From assembly GCA_963804265.1 (NCBI GenBank), contig CAWDPZ010000011.1, positions 2,242 to 66,241 of the forward strand: 64,000 bases of DNA, in the 5' to 3' direction. Source of the DNA: an uncultured Acidimicrobiaceae bacterium (lineage in GTDB: Bacteria; Actinomycetota; Acidimicrobiia; Acidimicrobiales; Bog-793). Both the position numbers and the translations under genes were made by a program. Shown piece after piece: positions 20,448-29,709 of this stretch; positions within the stretch are counted from its first letter, which is position 1, and the number at the start of each line of letters is the position of its first letter. The notes beneath the pieces are model-generated. The model searched no databases. It was not told the origin of the DNA and saw only the letters and a program-made list of their open reading frames with translations.

Positions 20448-21990
20448 GGCTCCCGAGCGTAGTCAAACATGGCGGCTGCCTCCGTCGGCCCACGTGGTGA
20501 GGGTGCCACTCACGATGGACAAGAGTCCGAGCGACGTCCTGCGGGCAGCGGGCCGCGATGCCCACCCGTTCGCCCTGTTCGGCGCCTGGTCGCACGCGAG
20601 CGCGCTCGTCGGCTCCGACCCCCTCGTCGTCTCCGTCGAGGCGGGGGACCCGTTCTCGTTGCTCGACAGCCAGCCTGAGATCACTGCGACGCTGCCCGGG
20701 GCCACGGGCGGCGGGTGGGTCGGCTACCTCGGCTACGGACTGGGGCGGCTCGTTGAGCGCCTCCCGGATCCGCCGCCGCGGCCCGTTGCGGTACCGGGCT
20801 CGATTCTCGCCTTCTACGATCACCTGCTCGCGCGCGACCACGCAGGCGACTGGTGGTTCGAGGCCCTGTGGTCGAAAGAGCAGTCGGAGCGGCTCGAGGC
20901 GCGGCTTGCCGAATGGCGGCGCCGCGCCGGCGAGCCGGCGCCGGAGGCGGGCGGGTTCGAGCTCGGGACCTTTGTCATGAGCCCCGGCCAGGACCGGCAT
21001 CTGGCGTCGGTCTCGCGGGCGATCGAGCACATCCGTTCCGGCGACGTGTTCCAGGTCAACGTCTGCACCCGGCTCGAGGCCGGCTTCTCGGGAGATCCGG
21101 TCGAGCTCTTCTGCCAGGGCGCCGACCGGCTGGCGCCGCGATACGGGGCGTTCCTCGGCCACCCGTCCGTGGCCGTGGCGAGCTTCTCGCCCGAGCTCTT
21201 CTTGCGACAGCACGGCCGCCGCGTGCTGAGCTCGCCGATAAAGGGAACCGCGCCGCGTCACCACTCGCCCGAGAACCAAGGAGAACGCCTGCTCAGCTCG
21301 GACAAGGACCGCGCCGAGAACGTCATGATCGTCGACCTCGTGCGCAACGATCTCGGCCGGGTATGCCGTTACGGCACCGTCGCCGTGCCGGAGCTGTGCC
21401 GGCTCGAGGAGCATCCCGGCCTCTGGCATCTCGTCTCGGACGTGACGGGCGAGATGGGCGAGGGCGTCTCTGTGGCCGGCCTGCTCAGGGCCACGTTCCC
21501 GCCGGGGTCGGTCACCGGTGCTCCGAAGGTGCGGGCGATGGAGCTCGTGACCGAGCTCGAGGGAACAGCCCGCGAGGTCTACACGGGAGCGATCGGGATC
21601 GCGAGCCCGGTGACCGGCCTCGAGCTGAACGTGGCCATCCGCACCTTCGAGCTGGCAGGCAACAGGGCATGGCTCGGGGTCGGGGGCGGGATCGTCTCGG
21701 ACTCGGACCCTCGCCGGGAGCTCCAGGAGTGCCTCGACAAAGCGTCACCTCTTCTGGCGGCAGTCGGGGGCGCACTCGGCCCGGCGAAGCTGCGCGGCGA
21801 GGACGGCCGCGCCGCCGGCCGCCGCGGTCGCCAGCCTCGCCAGGGCGCATGCCGATCCCGCCCTGGGCGTGTTCGAGACTCTTCTCGTGCTCGATGGGCG
21901 ACTCGTCGATCTCGAGTCGCACCTCGGCCGGCTGGCAGCAAGCGTCTCGTGCCTGTACGGATCACAGCTCCCCGCTCGCCTCAGCGCTGA
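20446..21990 (+). CDS. pabB: Aminodeoxychorismate/anthranilate synthase component I. The 3' end is unresolved.
   Basis: FSPELF, SPIKGT, DKDRAENVMIVDLVRND, FPPGSVTGAPK and GGGIVSDSDP motifs. The Arg-rich tail after about 21800 looks out of frame. Confidence 0.75.
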   Translation: MAPERSQTWRLPPSAHVVRVPLTMDKSPSDVLRAAGRDAHPFALFGAWSHASALVGSDPLVVSVEAGDPFSLLDSQPEITATLPGATGGGWVGYLGYGLGRLVERLPDPPPRPVAVPGSILAFYDHLLARDHAGDWWFEALWSKEQSERLEARLAEWRRRAGEPAPEAGGFELGTFVMSPGQDRHLASVSRAIEHIRSGDVFQVNVCTRLEAGFSGDPVELFCQGADRLAPRYGAFLGHPSVAVASFSPELFLRQHGRRVLSSPIKGTAPRHHSPENQGERLLSSDKDRAENVMIVDLVRNDLGRVCRYGTVAVPELCRLEEHPGLWHLVSDVTGEMGEGVSVAGLLRATFPPGSVTGAPKVRAMELVTELEGTAREVYTGAIGIASPVTGLELNVAIRTFELAGNRAWLGVGGGIVSDSDPRRELQECLDKASPLLAAVGGALGPAKLRGEDGRAAGRRGRQPRQGACRSRPGRVRDSSRARWATRRSRVAPRPAGSKRLVPVRITAPRSPQR

Positions 21991-22602
21991 AGTCGCCGAG
22001 GCGGCGACTGGCAGGCCAGGACCCGAGCGACTCCGTGTCCGGGTCCGGCCCGGTGCGAGCCGCGGGCTTGTCTCCGAGATCTCAGTGGTGCCGGCTGCGG
22101 AGAGCTTCTCCGGCTCGCCCGGCTCGCCTGTGGTCCTGGTCCCGTTCGTCTTGGCAGGGGGCCTCGGAGGGCACAAGTGGCAGGACCGCAGCCTGCTGGC
22201 TGATCGGCGCCAAGCCCTCGGGCTCGGTAGCCATGAACAGCTTCTCCTGGTCGACGACGACCGCTACGTTCTCGAGACGAGCAGGCCAACGTCTTCGCAG
22301 CCTTCGGAGGCGTCGTGCGCACCCCGCCGCTGGACGGGCGCATCCTCGCGGGCACCACCCGCGAGCGGGTGATCAGGCTGACGCGGGCCAAGGGGCTCGT
22401 CGTTTCGGAGGAGCCCCTTTACCTCGAGGAGCTCGGCTCGGCGGAGGAGGCCTTCGTCACGAGCTCCATCAGAGGACTCTGCCCGGTCCGCTCGCTCGGT
22501 CGCGACCGCTCCTTTGAGGCCGGTCCGATCGGAGCCGTGCTCGCCGAGGACCTATGGAAAGCCTGGCACTCTGCTGACACGGGCCGGACGTGTCACCCGT
22601 GA
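21869..22602 (+). CDS. pabC: Class-IV aminotransferase-fold aminodeoxychorismate lyase, frame broken near 22285. The N-terminus probably lies further upstream.
   Basis: GVFETLLVLDGRLVDLESHLGRL is present. The reading continues as LETSRANVFAAFGGVVRTPPLDGRILAGTTRE in ORF 22315..22602. Homology (AHADPALGVFET) extends upstream of the GTG in the same frame. Confidence 0.65.
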
Positions 22603-22668
22603 TGTGTGCGGTCTGCCGGGATCAGAGGTGGCTTGGCATCGTCGCCGACAGCGGTGTACAACGGTGCC

Positions 22669-24039
22669 ATGGCCATTGCAACGGTGTACCCGTACACGGG
22701 TGAGACCCTCAAGTCCTTCGAGCCTCACGACGATGCGGAGGTCGAGCGGCGGATAGCGCTTGCCGACAGCGCCTACCGCTCGTACCGCAAGACGACTTTC
22801 GCCGAGCGGGCAAAGCTCTGCCGCGCGACTGGCCGACATCATCGAGGCGGACCAGCCCGAGCTCGCCAAGACGATGACGCTCGAGATGGGAAAGCCCGTC
22901 GTCCAGGCCCGCAACGAGATCGCGAAGTGCTTCGGCGTGCTGCGCTACTACGCCGATCACGGCGAGGAGATGCTAGAGACGAGCCCGTCGCCGGCACTGC
23001 CGCCAAGAAGGGGTCGTACATCAAGTACCAGCCGATCGGCCCGGTGCTGGCCGTGATGCCCTGGAACTTCCCGATGTGGCAGGTGATCAGGTTCGCGACC
23101 CCGGCCTTCATGGTCGGCAACGTCGCTCTTTTGAAGCATGCCTCGAACGTGCCCCAGGTGGCGCTCTACATCGAGGACGCGGCCCGGCGGGCCGGGTTCC
23201 CCGAGGGCGTCTTCCAGACGCTCCTCGTGGGCGGCGACCGGGTGAAGCCGATCCTGGAGGACGACCGTGTCGTCGCCGCCTCCGTGACCGGCAGCGAAGG
23301 CGCAGGGCGGTCGGTTGCCTCCATCGCCGGCAACGCCATCAAAAAGACGGTGCTCGAGCTCGGCGGGGCGGACCCGTTCATCGTCATGCCGTCGGCCGAC
23401 ATCGACCGGGCGGTCGAGATCGGCGTCTGGGCGCGCATCCAGAACAACGGCCAGAGCTGCATCGCCGCCAAGCGCTTCATCATCCACGAGTCGATCGCGG
23501 ACGAGTACATGGAGCGCTACGGAGAGGCCATGTCCAAGCTCGTCGTCGGCGATCCCCTCGACGAGGCGACCCAGGTCGGGCCGTTGGCGACAGCGCAGGG
23601 TCGTGACGAGGTGAACGAGCAGGTTGCCGACGCCCTGGCGAAGGGCGCCAAGTGCCTCTGCGGCGGCGAGACCGTGAGCGGTCAGGGATGGTTCGTCCAG
23701 CCGACCGCCTTGACCGAGCTCACGCCGGACATGCGCGTCTACCGCGAGGAGGTCTTCGGGCCGGTGGCGTCCTTCTTCCGGGCCGCCGACATCGACGAGG
23801 CGATCGCCCTCGCCAACGACACCGAGTTCGGGCTCAGCTCGAGCCTGTGGACCGAGGACGCTGCCGAGCAGAGGCGCTTTGCCGAGGACATCGAGGCGGG
23901 CCTGGTCTACTTCAACTCCATGTCCTTCTCGTACTTCGACCTGCCGTTCGGGGGCATCAAGCGCTCGGGCTACGGGCGCGAGCTCTCCTTCGCCGGGATT
24001 CGCGAGTTCACGAACACAAAGACCGTCTTCACCGACTGA
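22669..24039 (+). CDS. gabD: NAD(P)-dependent succinate-semialdehyde/aldehyde dehydrogenase, two hidden frame breaks (~22828, ~22979)
   Basis: MPWNFPMWQV, ELGGADP, NNGQSCIAAKR (catalytic Cys) and EEVFGPV motifs. Residues about 53-105 of the listed ORF are Arg-rich nonsense. The conserved segment (LADIIEADQPELAKTMTLEMGKPVVQARNEIAKCFGVLRYYADHGEEML) lies in ORF 22760..23056. Confidence 0.8.
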   Translation: MAIATVYPYTGETLKSFEPHDDAEVERRIALADSAYRSYRKTTFAERAKLCRATGRHHRGGPARARQDDDARDGKARRPGPQRDREVLRRAALLRRSRRGDARDEPVAGTAAKKGSYIKYQPIGPVLAVMPWNFPMWQVIRFATPAFMVGNVALLKHASNVPQVALYIEDAARRAGFPEGVFQTLLVGGDRVKPILEDDRVVAASVTGSEGAGRSVASIAGNAIKKTVLELGGADPFIVMPSADIDRAVEIGVWARIQNNGQSCIAAKRFIIHESIADEYMERYGEAMSKLVVGDPLDEATQVGPLATAQGRDEVNEQVADALAKGAKCLCGGETVSGQGWFVQPTALTELTPDMRVYREEVFGPVASFFRAADIDEAIALANDTEFGLSSSLWTEDAAEQRRFAEDIEAGLVYFNSMSFSYFDLPFGGIKRSGYGRELSFAGIREFTNTKTVFTD

Positions 24040-24217
24040 CCGGCGCCGTCGGGCGCACGGGCGGGAGCCTCACGGCCTCCGAGGCCCTCGGGCGCTGTAT
24101 CTGCGTGCGAGCAGGCGGGCTGTGCCTAGGTTGCCGGAGGTTCGCGCCAACAGTCGGAGTCTCGCCCTTTTGAAACTGACGCGAGCGGGCCCGGGTCGTG
24201 CCCAGCCGGCTGACACG

Positions 24218-24262
24218 AAAAAGCCCCCCACGGGACCGGCAGAGGGCCGGCCCCGTGGGGGG
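24218..24262 (-). terminator. Rho-independent terminator after the SBP gene (hairpin usable from both strands)
   Basis: CCCCCCACGGGaCCGGC-agag-GGCCGGcCCCGTGGGGGG. On the minus strand the stem is followed by CTTTTT. It lies 15 nt beyond the SBP stop. Confidence 0.65.
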
Positions 24263-24276
24263 ATGCTGCTGTCAGA

Positions 24277-25980
24277 TCACTTCGACGCGTTCCAGAGGAA
24301 GAACTGGCTGAGCGCCGTCGGGTAGATGCCCGTCACGTTCTTCTGGCTGGCGGCCAGGTAGTTGTAGAAGTACGGGAAGATGATGGGCGTCTGGTCGAGA
24401 AGGAGAGTCTCGATCTGCTTCGCGATCGCCCGCTGGCTGGAAAGGTCCGTCGCACCGACGTACTGCTTCGAGAGCTTGTCGTAGGTCGGGTCGGCGAAGT
24501 GGGCGGCATTCCAGGCACCGGACCCGGTCTTCGCGTTGTGGGTCTGCAACGGCGCCTCGAGGAACAGGTTCGGCGTCGAGCGGGCACCGTAGTCGACCAT
24601 GCTCATCTCGCCGTTGAGCCAGTCGGAGTTCCCGTAGCTCGAGCCGTAGTACTTGTTCGGCGGCTCGATCGTGAGGTTGATCGTGACACCGATCTCCGTA
24701 GCCCATGCCTTGACGAACTGGGCGAGCGTCGGCATCTCCTGGCGCTGCTCGGTGTAGAGCGGCGTCTTGAAGCCCCGGGCGTACCCGGCCTTGGCCGAGC
24801 AGCTGCTTGGCCAGCTTGAAGTTCTGAGCCCGCTGGGCCACCGGCGCCGTCGACGGGAAGACGGGGCGAAGGGGTTGTCGTTGCCGATGTCGGCGTATCC
24901 CTTGAACAGAGCCTTCACGAGACCGGGACGGTCGAGGCAAAGAGCCATCGCCTGGCGGACGTACTTGGACTTGAAGGGGCCGACGTCGCAGCGCATCGAC
25001 AGCTCGCGGTGCCCCGAGGCCTTCAGCTTGATGATGTTGTAGTTGCCGTTCAGCAGCTGCGGGCTGGAGGAGACGAAGAACTGGTCCAGGCAGTCGATCT
25101 GGTTGGCTTGGAGGGCGGCCGTCATCGGTCCCTCGGCGGCGTAGAAGCTCCACTGGATTTCCTTCGGGAGTGCCGCTGCGCCCCAGTAGTGCGGGTTGCG
25201 CACGAAGGTCGCGCCCACGTTCGGGGTGTAATTCTGCATCATGAAGTGCCCCGTGCCGACCCAGTCCGTCTGGTACTTGGTGTAGTCGTAGCCCTTCGGG
25301 ACGATGATCATCGTGTAGTTGTCGCACGAGACGGCATCGAGGAAGGCGCCGTCAGGAGCCTCGAGGTGGAAGGCGATCGTCGAGTTGTCAACCTTCACCA
25401 CGCCGTCGGGCACGAGCAGCCCGGAGAAGACCGAGAGCGCCGTCCCGGCGTTCTTCGGGTCGCACTGGCTCTTGAAGCTGTAGACGACGTCGTCGACCGT
25501 CATCGGGGTTCCGTCGTTGAACTTGACCCCTTGGCGGATCTTGAAGGTCCAGACCGTCGCCTTGGCGTTGGAGCTCCAGCTCGTCGCGATCCACGGCTTG
25601 TAGCCGAGCTGCTGGTCCGCGAGGACGAGGAACTCGCCGACGTTGCCGAGCAGTTCGAGGCCGCCTTGGTCGGCGATCGTGAGCGGGTTGATGGCTCCCG
25701 CCGGCACGATGATGCCGGCTCTGATGGTGGCGCCGGCCTTGGCCGCCGACCTCGGGGCCACCGCCGCCCTCTTCAGGCCCGGCATTCCCTTTGCCTCGAG
25801 CAGCCCGCCGAGCACCGGCAACGAGAGTCCGAAGGCCGTGCCTTTCCGGAGGAAGTCCCTCCGGGAGAGGTTGCCGGCGAGGAACTCGTCGATGACGTGC
25901 TCTTGGATCGGGCCACGACCACGCCGGAGACTGTCGATCTGCTCGTGGTTGACTTCCCTGCCCTTGTCGTTGACGTCCAT
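24277..25980 (-). CDS. ABC transporter substrate-binding protein, family 5 (peptide/nickel/opine type), Tat signal, two hidden frame breaks (~24864, ~24791)
   Basis: ATG at 25980 is preceded by GAGGGAGG. It has a twin-arginine signal (SRRDFLRKGTAFGL) and family-5 core motifs. The segment VFPSTAPVAQRAQNFKLAKQLLGQ is found only in ORF 24272..25327. Confidence 0.8.
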   Translation of the reverse strand: MDVNDKGREVNHEQIDSLRRGRGPIQEHVIDEFLAGNLSRRDFLRKGTAFGLSLPVLGGLLEAKGMPGLKRAAVAPRSAAKAGATIRAGIIVPAGAINPLTIADQGGLELLGNVGEFLVLADQQLGYKPWIATSWSSNAKATVWTFKIRQGVKFNDGTPMTVDDVVYSFKSQCDPKNAGTALSVFSGLLVPDGVVKVDNSTIAFHLEAPDGAFLDAVSCDNYTMIIVPKGYDYTKYQTDWVGTGHFMMQNYTPNVGATFVRNPHYWGAAALPKEIQWSFYAAEGPMTAALQANQIDCLDQFFVSSSPQLLNGNYNIIKLKASGHRELSMRCDVGPFKSKYVRQAMALCLDRPGLVKALFKGYADIGNDNPFAPSSRRRRRWPSGLRTSSWPSSCSAKAGYARGFKTPLYTEQRQEMPTLAQFVKAWATEIGVTINLTIEPPNKYYGSSYGNSDWLNGEMSMVDYGARSTPNLFLEAPLQTHNAKTGSGAWNAAHFADPTYDKLSKQYVGATDLSSQRAIAKQIETLLLDQTPIIFPYFYNYLAASQKNVTGIYPTALSQFFLWNASK

Positions 25981-26060
25981 GCGCCAACCTCCCTCTTGTC
26001 GTCCCTCGCCGATGCGAGACTTGTCTAAGATACTGGACAGACGTTCAGATAGACTGCTTC

Positions 26061-26073
26061 TGTTACAGTAACA
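26061..26073. promoter_or_regulatory. Perfect palindrome in the divergent SBP/IclR intergenic region (candidate operator)
   Basis: TGTTAC-a-GTAACA. Confidence 0.3.
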
Positions 26074-26130
26074 AGTCGGACGAGAATGCGCCAGAGGCGC
26101 AGTAGTTGCAGGTGATCCGAGCTCCCTTCC

Positions 26131-26980
26131 GTGCTGAAGCAGTTGCGAGGAGAGGAGGCACAATTGGAAAAGCTCGACATCCGGGCCGCTTCGACCGCTC
26201 CTGCGGTCGTGACGGCGATCAGGGTCATCGACGCCCTGGCGGCTCTTCAAGGCTCGGCCAGCCTCGACGAGCTGACGCATGCCATCGACGAGCCGCGCAG
26301 CTCTGTGCACCGCATCCTCAACACCCTCGTCGAGAGCGAGCTCCTGCAAAGACCGGGGCCGCGGGGCGGCTACCGCATGGGCCCGAAGGTGATGACCTGG
26401 GGCTCGTCGTTCCTGCGGGCCGTGAATCTCATCGACGAGTTCCGGGCCGTCGTGACGCCCATCGTCGACCGCATCGACGAGACGATGCAGCTCGCGGTTC
26501 TCGACTGGCCCGACGTCGTCTTCTTGTCGCACGTCGACTCGACGCGCCCGGTCAGGCTCGTCACCGAGGTCGGGCCGCCGTCTCCCGGCGCACGCGACGG
26601 CCGTCGGCAAGGCCCTGCTCGCTTTCTCCGGCACCTCGGCGGCCGACTGGTACCGCCACCACGAGATGCGGCGGCTCACGCCGCGCACCGCGACGACGGT
26701 CGAAGAGCTGGAACGTCAGCTCGCGAAGGCGCGGCGCCGGGGATGGGCCGAGGCGAGCCAGGAGTCCTCGGAGAACCTGACCTGCCTGGCGGCGCCGGTG
26801 CGTGCCTACGACGGCCGCGTCATAGCCGCGATGACGATCTGCGTCCCGGAGCCTTCCTTGAAGCTCTCGGATCGCCAAGCGCTCGGGCGCGAGCTCCTCG
26901 TCGGGTGCACCGAGCTCTCGCGCCAGCTCGGCGCAGAGGACGCTTCTCGATCCGGTCGTGACGCCGCAGCAACGGTCTAG
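26131..26980 (+). CDS. IclR-family transcriptional regulator, frame broken near 26575
   Basis: The HTH is SLDELTHAIDEPRSSVHRILNTLVESELL. The effector domain continues as RRLPAHATAVGKALLAFS...TICVP in ORF 26666..26980. Confidence 0.75.
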
Positions 26981-27090
26981 CCCGCAAAGGACGCTTCGCC
27001 GGGTCGCTCCTGTTGGCACACTGATCGCCTGATCGTTTCCCGGATTCGACCGCACGAGCGAGCGGTGGTTACACTCGTTTTCGAACCGCG

Positions 27091-27104
27091 TGGATGCACA
27101 TCCA
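27091..27104. promoter_or_regulatory. 14-bp perfect palindrome 30 nt upstream of the ADH start (candidate operator)
   Basis: TGGATG-ca-CATCCA. Confidence 0.3.
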
Positions 27105-27133
27105 GCCGGTGAGACATCACGGAGGTGCCGAGG

Positions 27134-28262
27134 ATGAGCACTGGTATCGAGACGCTCGCGGCTGTACTCGAAGCGCCGGGCAAGGACTTCGTCGTCGAGA
27201 CCGTGCAGCTCTCGGCGCCCGGGCCTACCGAGGTGCTCGTCCGTATCGAGGCGACCGGCGTGTGCCACAGCGACTGGAATGCCGCGACCGGTGCCTCGGC
27301 GACGCCGATGCCGGCGGTGCTCGGCCATGAAGGCGGCGGCATCGTGGAAAGCATCGGCTCGGCCGTCACTCGCGTCGCCGTCGGCGACAAGGTCGTGCTT
27401 TCCTGGCTACCGACCTGTGGCGTCTGTCCCGCCTGCATGAGAGGCGACCTGTCGCTGTGTGCCAACTCGATGACCGAGATGGGCAACGGCGCGCTGCCGA
27501 GCGGCGAGATCCGGCTCTCGAGGAACGGCTCGCCCCTCTACCACTACTCGTATCTTTCGACCTTCGCCCGCCATACCGTCGTGGACGAACGGTGCTGTGT
27601 CGTGTTACCCGCGGACGCGAACCTCGAGGTCGCCTGCCTGGTCGGCTGCGCGGTGACGACCGGTGTCGGCGCCGTGTTCAACAAGGCGAAGGTCGCGCCC
27701 GGGTCGTCCGTCGTCATCTTCGGAGGCGGGGGAGTGGGACTGTCGGCCGTCATGGCGGCGAGGTACGCGGGGGCGACGACCGTCGTTGTCGTCGATCCGG
27801 TCGCCTCCAAGCGTGAGCTCGCCACCGAGCTCGGGGCGACGGCGACCCTCGACGGGAAGGATGCGAACCTCGTCGAGGCTCTGCGTGGGCTGTGCGGTGG
27901 CGGCGCCGACTATGCCTTCGAAGCGGCGGGGCTGCCCTTTTTGGCCACGACTGCGTTCAACGCCGTCCGACCCGGCGGCATGGTCGTGCTCGTCGGAGTG
28001 CCGGCCGACGGAGAAGTGGTGTCCTTTCCCGGCAACGTGCTCGTCCGCTCCGAGAAGATCGTGACCGGGACCTTCTACGGCTCCGCCCGTCCCGCCCTCG
28101 ACATGGCCTTGATCATGCGCCTGTACGCGGACGGCAAGTTCCCCCTCGACCGCTTCGTCAGCGAGCGCTACCCGCTCGGAGGGAGTGAACGAGGCTTTCG
28201 CCGCCATGCTCGAAGGCCGAGTCGTGCGGGCTGTCCTCAAGCCATGGGAAGGAGACAGTTGA
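27134..28262 (+). CDS. Zn-dependent alcohol dehydrogenase, class-III / formaldehyde-dehydrogenase-like, frame broken near 28178
   Basis: GGAGG lies 8 nt before the ATG at 27134. Motifs are GVCHSD, GHEGGGIVESIG, the structural-Zn Cys cluster CGVCPACMRGDLSLC and GGGGVGLS. The native end (..RYPLEGVNEAFAAMLEGRVVRAVLKPWEGDS-TGA) is in another frame. Confidence 0.8.
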
Positions 28263-28756
28263 TGCTTATCGGTGAGTCTTTCGTCGGAGACGGCGTGAAC
28301 GCCGCTCATATCAACGTCGTGCTGGGGCGCCGGGACGGGCCTGTCGGCACGGCCTGGGCGAGCGCGCTCGCGACACCAAGCGCAGGGCACGCACCCTTTG
28401 TCGCCGTGGCCGCACCCGGCATACCTGTCGTTCCCCCCACCTTGTTCGTGAACAAGGCGGCCATCACCGGGACCGTGCACGGCAACATGACCTGGGGACC
28501 TGCCCAGGCGGGTGTCGCCCAAGGCGTCGGGCAGGCGCTCGACGAGTCCGTGATCGACGTCGGCGACGTGGACAACCTCGTCCTGATCGCCGCTGTCTGG
28601 GTGAACCCGAATGCGGACGACGAAGCCGAGGTCTTCCGCAACAACCAGGTCGCGACGCACGAGGCGTTGCAGAAGGCGGTGCAGGGACTTCCGAAGGCGG
28701 CCGACTTCATGGTTGCCGCCAAAGCTCCGTTCAACCCGTTCTTCAGGCCCGCCTGA
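28262..28756 (+). CDS. fae: Formaldehyde-activating enzyme (Fae) family protein
   Basis: The ATG overlaps the corrected ADH stop (TGATG) and follows GGAAGGAGA. The protein (IGESFVGDGVNAAHINVVLG...TLFVNKAAI...WGPAQAGVAQGV...LVLIAAVWVNPNADD...NPF) aligns along its whole length with Fae as I recall it from Methylorubrum extorquens. Confidence 0.8.
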   Translation: MLIGESFVGDGVNAAHINVVLGRRDGPVGTAWASALATPSAGHAPFVAVAAPGIPVVPPTLFVNKAAITGTVHGNMTWGPAQAGVAQGVGQALDESVIDVGDVDNLVLIAAVWVNPNADDEAEVFRNNQVATHEALQKAVQGLPKAADFMVAAKAPFNPFFRPA

Positions 28757-28892
28757 GAGCGACGGTCCACTTCGGATTGCCGGCGTGCCCTGGGAGCTCG
28801 GGTGTCGTTCGTGCACACCGGACGTGTCGGCGATCGCACGAGAGTCAGCCAAGGACAGGCGCTGAACGAGTAGGAAAAGGCAGGCGCTGAAC

Positions 28893-29670
28893 ATGGATAT
28901 CCGAGAGTTCTCGATGGACCTGTTCTCCCTCGCGAACAAGACGGCCATCGTCACCGGAGGCAATACCGGCCTCGGTCAGGCGTTCTCGCTCGCCCTTGCG
29001 AAGGCGGGAGCGAACCTGTTCATCCCGACTGTCATGGACGACGGAGGTGAGACAGGTCGCCTCGTCGAGCTCGAAGGGCGCAAGGCCGAGATCCTCGAGA
29101 TCGACATCACGGCCGACGGCGCTCCGAAGAAGATCGTCGAGCGGTGTGTCGCGGCTTTCGGTGCCGTGGACATCGTGGTGAACTCGGCCGGTATCTGCAA
29201 CATCGCGTCCGTGGACAGCTTCGACCGAAGCCAGTGGGACCCCATGATCGCCTTGAACCTCACGGCGGCGTTCGAGCTCAGCTACGAGGCCTCCAAGCTC
29301 ATGGTCGAGCAACGCTCGGGCAAGATCATCAACATCGCCTCCCTGTTCTCCTTCCTGGGCGGCCAGTGGTCACCGGCGTACTCGGCCACCAAGCACGGCC
29401 TCGTCGGCTTCACGAAGGCCTACTGCGACGAGCTCGCCCAGTACAACGTGCAGGTGAACGCGATCGCGCCCGGGTACTACGCCACTGCCATAACCGAGAC
29501 GACGCGCTCCAATCCCGAGACGAACCAGCGGGTGCTCGACCACATCCCCGCCGGGCAGATGGGGAGACGCGGCCGACCTGATGGGCGCCACGGTCTTCCT
29601 GGCCAGTCGCGCCTCGGACTACGTGAACGGCCACGTCCTGGTTGTCGACGGTGGCTACCTCGTCCGGTGA
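28893..29670 (+). CDS. Short-chain dehydrogenase/reductase (KduD/2-deoxy-D-gluconate 3-dehydrogenase-like), frame broken near 29557
   Basis: [12 protein letters not shown] and the YSATKHG catalytic motif. The native C-terminus ([40 protein letters not shown] at 29668) is in another frame. Alternative start: 28914. Confidence 0.75.
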
Positions 29671-29709
29671 CGCTGCCGGGGACATCGCTCGACGGAGGAG
29701 AATAGGTTC

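Noticed and set aside
26016-26077. Long-range inverted repeat GACTTGT ... ACAAGTC in the SBP/IclR intergenic region as a structured RNA
   Set aside because: It has only 7-bp arms separated by about 48 nt. A chance occurrence is plausible. The inner 13-nt palindrome at 26061-26073 is the better operator candidate.
27125-28756. Genuine ADH-Fae fusion protein (543 aa)
   Set aside because: The conserved ADH C-terminus (VNEAFAAMLEGRVVRAVLKPWEGDS) is only readable in another frame. That frame stops at 28260-28262, overlapping an ATG preceded by a strong RBS. This is two coupled genes plus one indel.
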